64,000 nt of DNA from Lepidodermella squamata (lineage: Eukaryota; Animalia; Gastrotricha): NCBI GenBank assembly GCA_047495785.1, contig JBLDXI010000004.1, positions 1,054,001 through 1,118,000 of the forward strand, written 5' to 3'. A program made the position numbers and the translations under genes. Below are positions 58,522-64,000 of the stretch, piece after piece (the first letter of the stretch is position 1; each line of letters opens with the position of its first letter). The notes below the pieces were generated by a model. The model did not search any database. It was not told the origin of the DNA and was given only the letters and a program-made list of their open reading frames with translations.

Positions 58522-61391
58522 ATGACGGCTGCTATCCTGCGCATGGCCTTATTTCTCGGATTGATCGAATTTGCGTTTTCAGTCGACTACAAACGCTGCT
58601 TCTACCGGCTCAATGACACATTTGCCGGCTGTAAAACCACCTGTTCCTTTCTCGACGAAGTTCAGGTATAAAAATTACATCACGTCAACGAATTTCTCAT
58701 CAAAGCCGATTTGACAATTTCAGCTGGGACTCGCTTTACCGTCGTCGTCAAGTTGCTTAAGTGGGGTAAGCTATTGTCGTAGCGAATTCAAATTCGAGGC
58801 TATTGTTCATCTACTTATGCCGATTTTTTAGGCAGCTCGAAGCTGCTTCAACTACAAAACAATTAACATGCGTTGTATCCCACGTAACCTGGGCTGTTCA
58901 TCGACTGATGAAGTTATGGTTAGCACGAGAGATTCACGTCAATACGATCTTAGCTATTTGTGTCATTTTACGACAGACTGCCGAATTTCTCGGAAACAAC
59001 TTTGAAGTCCAGTATAGGACGTGCAGGTCTGCGATTAAAGAATTTCTGGTCAGTTACACAGAGAGATAGAGATACAACAATAACAACGCTAATTTATCAT
59101 TCTCACAGAATACTCAAGCCACGCTTTGCGACAAAAATGGCCAGCGAACTTGCATTCCAAACAATGGCTCATGTCCGAATGGCGGAGTAATTACTTTTTT
59201 CACCCTCAATTCCTTTTTAAAATATCACACTTTGTGATTATTATTAAATTTTATATTTTAATTTAGGCTTCATTTTTCTTCGAGAGTTAACACTCTGATC
59301 ACTCCGTTCTCTATGATTCCTTCGAAGAATTTCGTAGGCTACTGGTCAACAACTTACTCGTGCATGGCGCAAGAGAATCGTGAGTTTTTTTGGGGATCAA
59401 GCCATGGCTGATGATTTCATTCACGTTACAGTTGAGCGAAATGACGCCGATTTCCTGCCACATTATCGATGCTTTCTCCAGAGCGATCGGTCTTTTCTCG
59501 GCTGCCAATCACTCCCTTGCAATTCTACTACTATGACTCAGGTACGTTGTTGGGGAAATGACAATGGTAACAATGTTCATAGTTCATTTTCAGTCTTTCA
59601 GTGGAGGCACGTACATCGACAAAGCTCATTGCATTAACGGGGTTGGTTTGAAATGTTGTAGGACTTTTTAAATTTTTTTTCGAAAAATCACAGCCGGCAG
59701 GCCTTTGCTCGTCGTCGAATGGCAATGTTTGTCGCAGCTCCTGCCCTGCTCCCATGGCAGAAGTAGGTTCCTTCCTATGAAATTTCTCACAATTTTCAAG
59801 TCGATTGCGAACCTTTAAGGTGTCGATATTCAGCTCGAAAGCAGACTTTCCTAGCAACTACGCCGAATGCCTCACGACACAGGTTTGAATTAAGTGTCAA
59901 CGATATATTTGCATAACAAGCCTGTAAACTCGTTAGAAACCTCACACACTATGCGTTGATCAAACATCCTTCGCGTATTTGAAGTGCTTGCTCGTCGCCA
60001 ATGGTTCATCTTGCCCAACAGGAAGTATTACAGGACTAACTTTCAATACCTTGGCCGATTGCTATTCAGGTTGGATTCGATGGTCCATATCTCTCTAATC
60101 ATTTGGTTCTCCTATCTTCCTAAAGCTCCACCTGCCATGTACCCTAATAAACGCTGCTTCGAGCCATCGAGTGGGGCTTTCTCAGGCTGTATTGCAGCAA
60201 GTTCGTCGTGCCCTGTTGGCGAGGTAGATTGCCTTGTTTGAGAACTACTCGAAAATTTGTTGAATTTCTTCAATAGTCACCCGGCTCATCTGTTTACGTC
60301 ACCAAGGCCGCCTGCGAAATTGGCGTGAGTTCGAAATTTAATATCGAATTTTTTGATAAGCTGCGATCGTATTTCCTTAGAACATTCAACTGTGTTACGA
60401 TTCGACTACCGGCGGAAGTTGTCGCGAATCTTGCCAGACTGGAAACGGGAAATATGATGTGAGCCTATGCTAATTTCTTTGCTTCTTCAAGGCCTACTTT
60501 TATTTTTCTAGTTTGGGCCAATTGGGAATGCGAACGGTTCATTCATCCAAAATATCGCGACATGTCAAAGCTTGGTCCAGGTTCGAAATAATCAGGAAAG
60601 TTCAGGAATTACAAATTTAAAACAATTTTTTTCAGGGCCAGCATAAAAAATGCCTCAACAATGGTACAAATACCTATGCTATTTGCGTTCCACAGACGAA
60701 ATCTTGCCCCCTCAATACTGTGAGTCAATTTTCGACGTTTTTGGGTGATTGATGTTTCTGAGTCTTTTTCAGGTACAGATGAGTGGCAATGCAATTAGTT
60801 CCAACTTTAGCATGTGCCAAGCGGAGTTAGTTCTTTTCACTGGTCAAATTCTGACAAAAAATCAAATATTTTCACATCTCGATTGAAACAGGTTCTTCCG
60901 ATGCGAGGCATATGGTGGGGTGGTCAAGTGCTACCCGAATTTCGCTGGCACCTGCGGTCAAAATGAAACTCGCTACCCCAATTCGACATACTTGAGCGAG
61001 AGCCGATGCCTCAATGCCACTAAGCAATTTTTCGCAATTCAGTGGGGTGGTTCTTATCTCTCAAAAGCTCAAGCGAGGGACAAATGTCAGAATCAGGGTG
61101 GCCGACTCGGTATGATAAAAGCAATCAAGCAATGAATTGGCTTTGGTGCAACAGATCAACTCATTGGTTAGCACGTACAACCTGTGGATGGCTATGACTC
61201 GCATATCCGGGGTGTTGACCTGGGACGACGGAACTCCTTACACCGTAGTCGGTGCCGATTGGCGTTACGGCGTACCCGATAGCTCAATGGACTGTGCAAA
61301 GATGTACCTCTTCATTGGTAAATGGTACTTTGATTCAACGTTATGTACCAGTACTTGGGCTGGGGCCCTGTGCGAGAGATACATTGCCTGA
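58522..61391 (+). pseudogene. Paralogous Cys-rich/C-type lectin gene with a frameshift in the last exon
   Basis: MTAAILRMAL...DYKRCFYRLND; exons colinear with the 54358-56401 gene; frame change near 61120 (apparent 4-bp GCAA insertion) splits ORFs 60920 and 61137. Confidence 0.7.
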
Positions 61392-63128
61392 TCGAGATAT
61401 TTCTCAGGCTGACAAGCTGCATCGCGAGTTACGGAACAATTTTTCGATTTATTTGCCCGTATATAATCTATATTATGCAAATCACCTGATAATTGCAAAT
61501 CGCACTGTCTTCAGTGTTAAATAATACATCTTCGATTAAAAATGATATTCTGAAGTCAAGAAAATGTGTGTCAACAGGGGTTACAAATAAACTTAGTTTT
61601 CGATGTTGCCGATATTCTTTCAATCGAAATAAATCGAGGTTTTGCTCTGCTTTTCCTGTTTTGCTTGAATTTGCCTGAATTCAGTCAAAAAATAATTTCA
61701 ACGTGGCCAAATTGATTTTTTTAATTTAGAAATGTGGAATTATTGAATGAGCAGACTCGGCTTTTCGAAAGACTGGCCTGGCTTTACCCGAACTTGCGCA
61801 ACAGCGCAACGAATTACGAACCCCGCGAGACGGAAGAATGATTCACCAAGAGCGGTACTTAAGCGGTGAGGCGCCTTACCAATTGCTAAATGTTGAAGAA
61901 CAAAATGCAACAATAAATACAGTAGCAGTAACTTGCGGCCAGGGTATTCGGTTTAAAGTCAAACCAGTTCCTACCAGTTTACACCGGTGCCGCTATAAAC
62001 CGGTTTTTTTCAAGTTCAATAAAAACCGCGGTTTTACGTAAACAGACAAATCCGACGGTTAGACAGTAAGACATCACCAGGAATGTGTCGTCCTAGCTGA
62101 AATTGTTAGCGCAAAGATCAGGAGTTGCGTTGGTTATGATAATCAGCTTTGATTCTAAGCGTGAAGGATCATTTGCCAAGTAAGATTCGGCAAAATTCGA
62201 ACAAAATCAATCATTCACTGTATAATCGATAATCGATAACCGATACTCCCAGTGTGAAAACAGATGCGCTCAGTGTGTTCAGCGCCTCAGATTACCCCTA
62301 GTATTCAACTATCTCCAAATAATTCACAAAACTAACGAAAATATCGCAAAATCAAAATTCACTTCCGCTTTCTTAATTGTTGAGCGGATAATTGGAAAAA
62401 AATTTTTCAAAGGAATCGGCAAAACCGCGTCTTTTGATCGCAAAATCCCCTTAGAAATCGATGATTTTGCGCTTAAGCCGACCAACGAGAAATAAATTCC
62501 TATACAGAGTACTACGCACTATAAACAGCACTACGCGCGCATAATATTATAAGATATATACTTATTTGAAATATCTGTATAAACCCCAACCCTGTTGAAA
62601 ATGCATATTTACTACGCAGGTCAACGGACACCAGCGACTGAAATCGGATTACTCCTTACCTCAACCGTCTTGTTACCGCGGTCTGGGACCGATTGGATAG
62701 CGCAAATCATGGTAGCACCCGCATATTTGCTATTTTATAAGAAGTATGCGCTTCATTCAACTTGTTACAGGTGAAATAAGGGCTCTGCCGCGTAAGGTAA
62801 GGTGAATAGCCCAGTTTTGAAGCTCGATTTTGAGCTTAAAATATGATTATCCATCAAGGCGAAAAATTCGTAGATAAGTTGTCGTGGTTCATGCTGTTTT
62901 CTTTTTTGAAACCTTCTTCTCAATCTTCTCTCCTGTTTGAATACAAAAACTTATGGTGCAGCCATGGGTTTTTTCAAGATAAGTGCCATGAAAGATGAAA
63001 AATCCTCACTTTCTCTTCGATTCGGACTTGAATCGGATGTGGAGGGAAAATACCTTTAAACCGTTTTCAGAATTGTCATAGCTATCACAGATCTTGAGAA
63101 AATTAGCTGTTTTTCTTTTTTTTAATGC

Positions 63129-63162
63129 TTTATTTATTTATTTATTATTTATTTATTTATTT
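63129..63162. repeat. (TTTA)n microsatellite
   Basis: Direct reading. Confidence 0.8.
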
Positions 63163-64000
63163 GAAAGCTCATACGCCCAAGAGAGGGCAGCTTGACAATG
63201 TTAAGGAAAACAACATATAATTGCAGGACAAGTTCAGATTATAGGACAGGAAAGGTGTAGTAGGAGAAAACAAAGTTATAGATCAGACACTCGATCAATT
63301 CTGTTCTGATGTAACTGAGCAACAAAATCGCAACAAGAATCGTTAAGTATATCTTGTGTAAAAAATCAATGTCAGCATGTTTGCGAAGTTCGGAGTCCAA
63401 GCTGCTTTCAGGCCCGAATGTATACCTAACGGTCCCACTATGGGTCTAAGGGTCCCACCTGCGGTTTTCTTGTGGTTTTCAGGTCTGAACCTCTTGAGGA
63501 CCCTCACTGGCCTTGGCCCCACCTCCCGGACAAAAAAGTTTGAGTAAATTAACATTGTAAATTCCTGTATTTTGGTGTGAATTGCAGTTTATTCTGGTAT
63601 TTTCATGTCAGCAAATCAGGAACCAGCTCAGCGATCCGGAATTCAGCGTTGTAAAACAGGGTTTTTCGTTTTTCGGCCGAGAAACTTCATGTAAATTCGT
63701 GTAAACCCTGAAATTCGGTCATGTAAACTCATGGATCTTCGTCCTTCAGTTATTTCTTCGATGTATTTCAATGGAAGCTGTACGATTTCTCGTCTGAAAC
63801 ATCCTCACATGATTTTACATCCTGAAAACGACGTTGTATTCTCATGTAGGAAGATCGATCGAATAAAAAGTAAATAAATTTTTAAAACTAGCAAAACAGG
63901 CGGGCGCAAGCGCCCGCCAATGTATTTATACTTCCTATTGAAAGCGTAATACTGCCTGAAACCCCTCAATGAATGTTAACGACCGTGTTTCTCATTCTTA

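Noticed and set aside
61400-64000. Genes in the last 2.6 kb
   Set aside because: Only short ORFs without motifs; appears intergenic or repeat-derived.

Overview
Eukaryotic (invertebrate-like, ~50-nt introns, tttcag acceptors) genomic window dominated by nested mobile elements. A MULE transposase gene with a C-terminal Ulp1-like protease (1-1633 and 45547-46487) is split by a small TIR element (1634-45546). That element is split by a complete 43.1-kb Maverick/Polinton (2090-45206; AGTAGT termini, ~133-bp TIRs, 6-bp TSD AATATC). The Maverick encodes pPolB, a PLA2-integrase-chromodomain fusion, a packaging ATPase, minor and major capsid proteins, an adenain-type protease, a VLTF3-like factor, a fibre-like protein and several zinc-ribbon micro-ORFs. 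It also carries a ~5.6-kb satellite with 28-30-bp units. The satellite is interrupted by a 17.5-kb insertion with 1.6-1.8-kb inverted arms (7114-24590, 4-bp TSD ACTT) that holds host lectin-gene fragments and a pogo element with an OTU domain. The most striking signals are all in the Maverick: a TCTA motif 11-14 nt upstream of ten starts (as in the CroV/Mavirus late promoter) alongside an encoded VLTF3-like factor; a protease lacking a usable ATG behind an A_AAA_AAC -1 slippery site; and 54-nt terminal hairpins. Positions 47-64 kb are host DNA with EGF/C-type-lectin genes. All family assignments are from motif recognition, not database searches.
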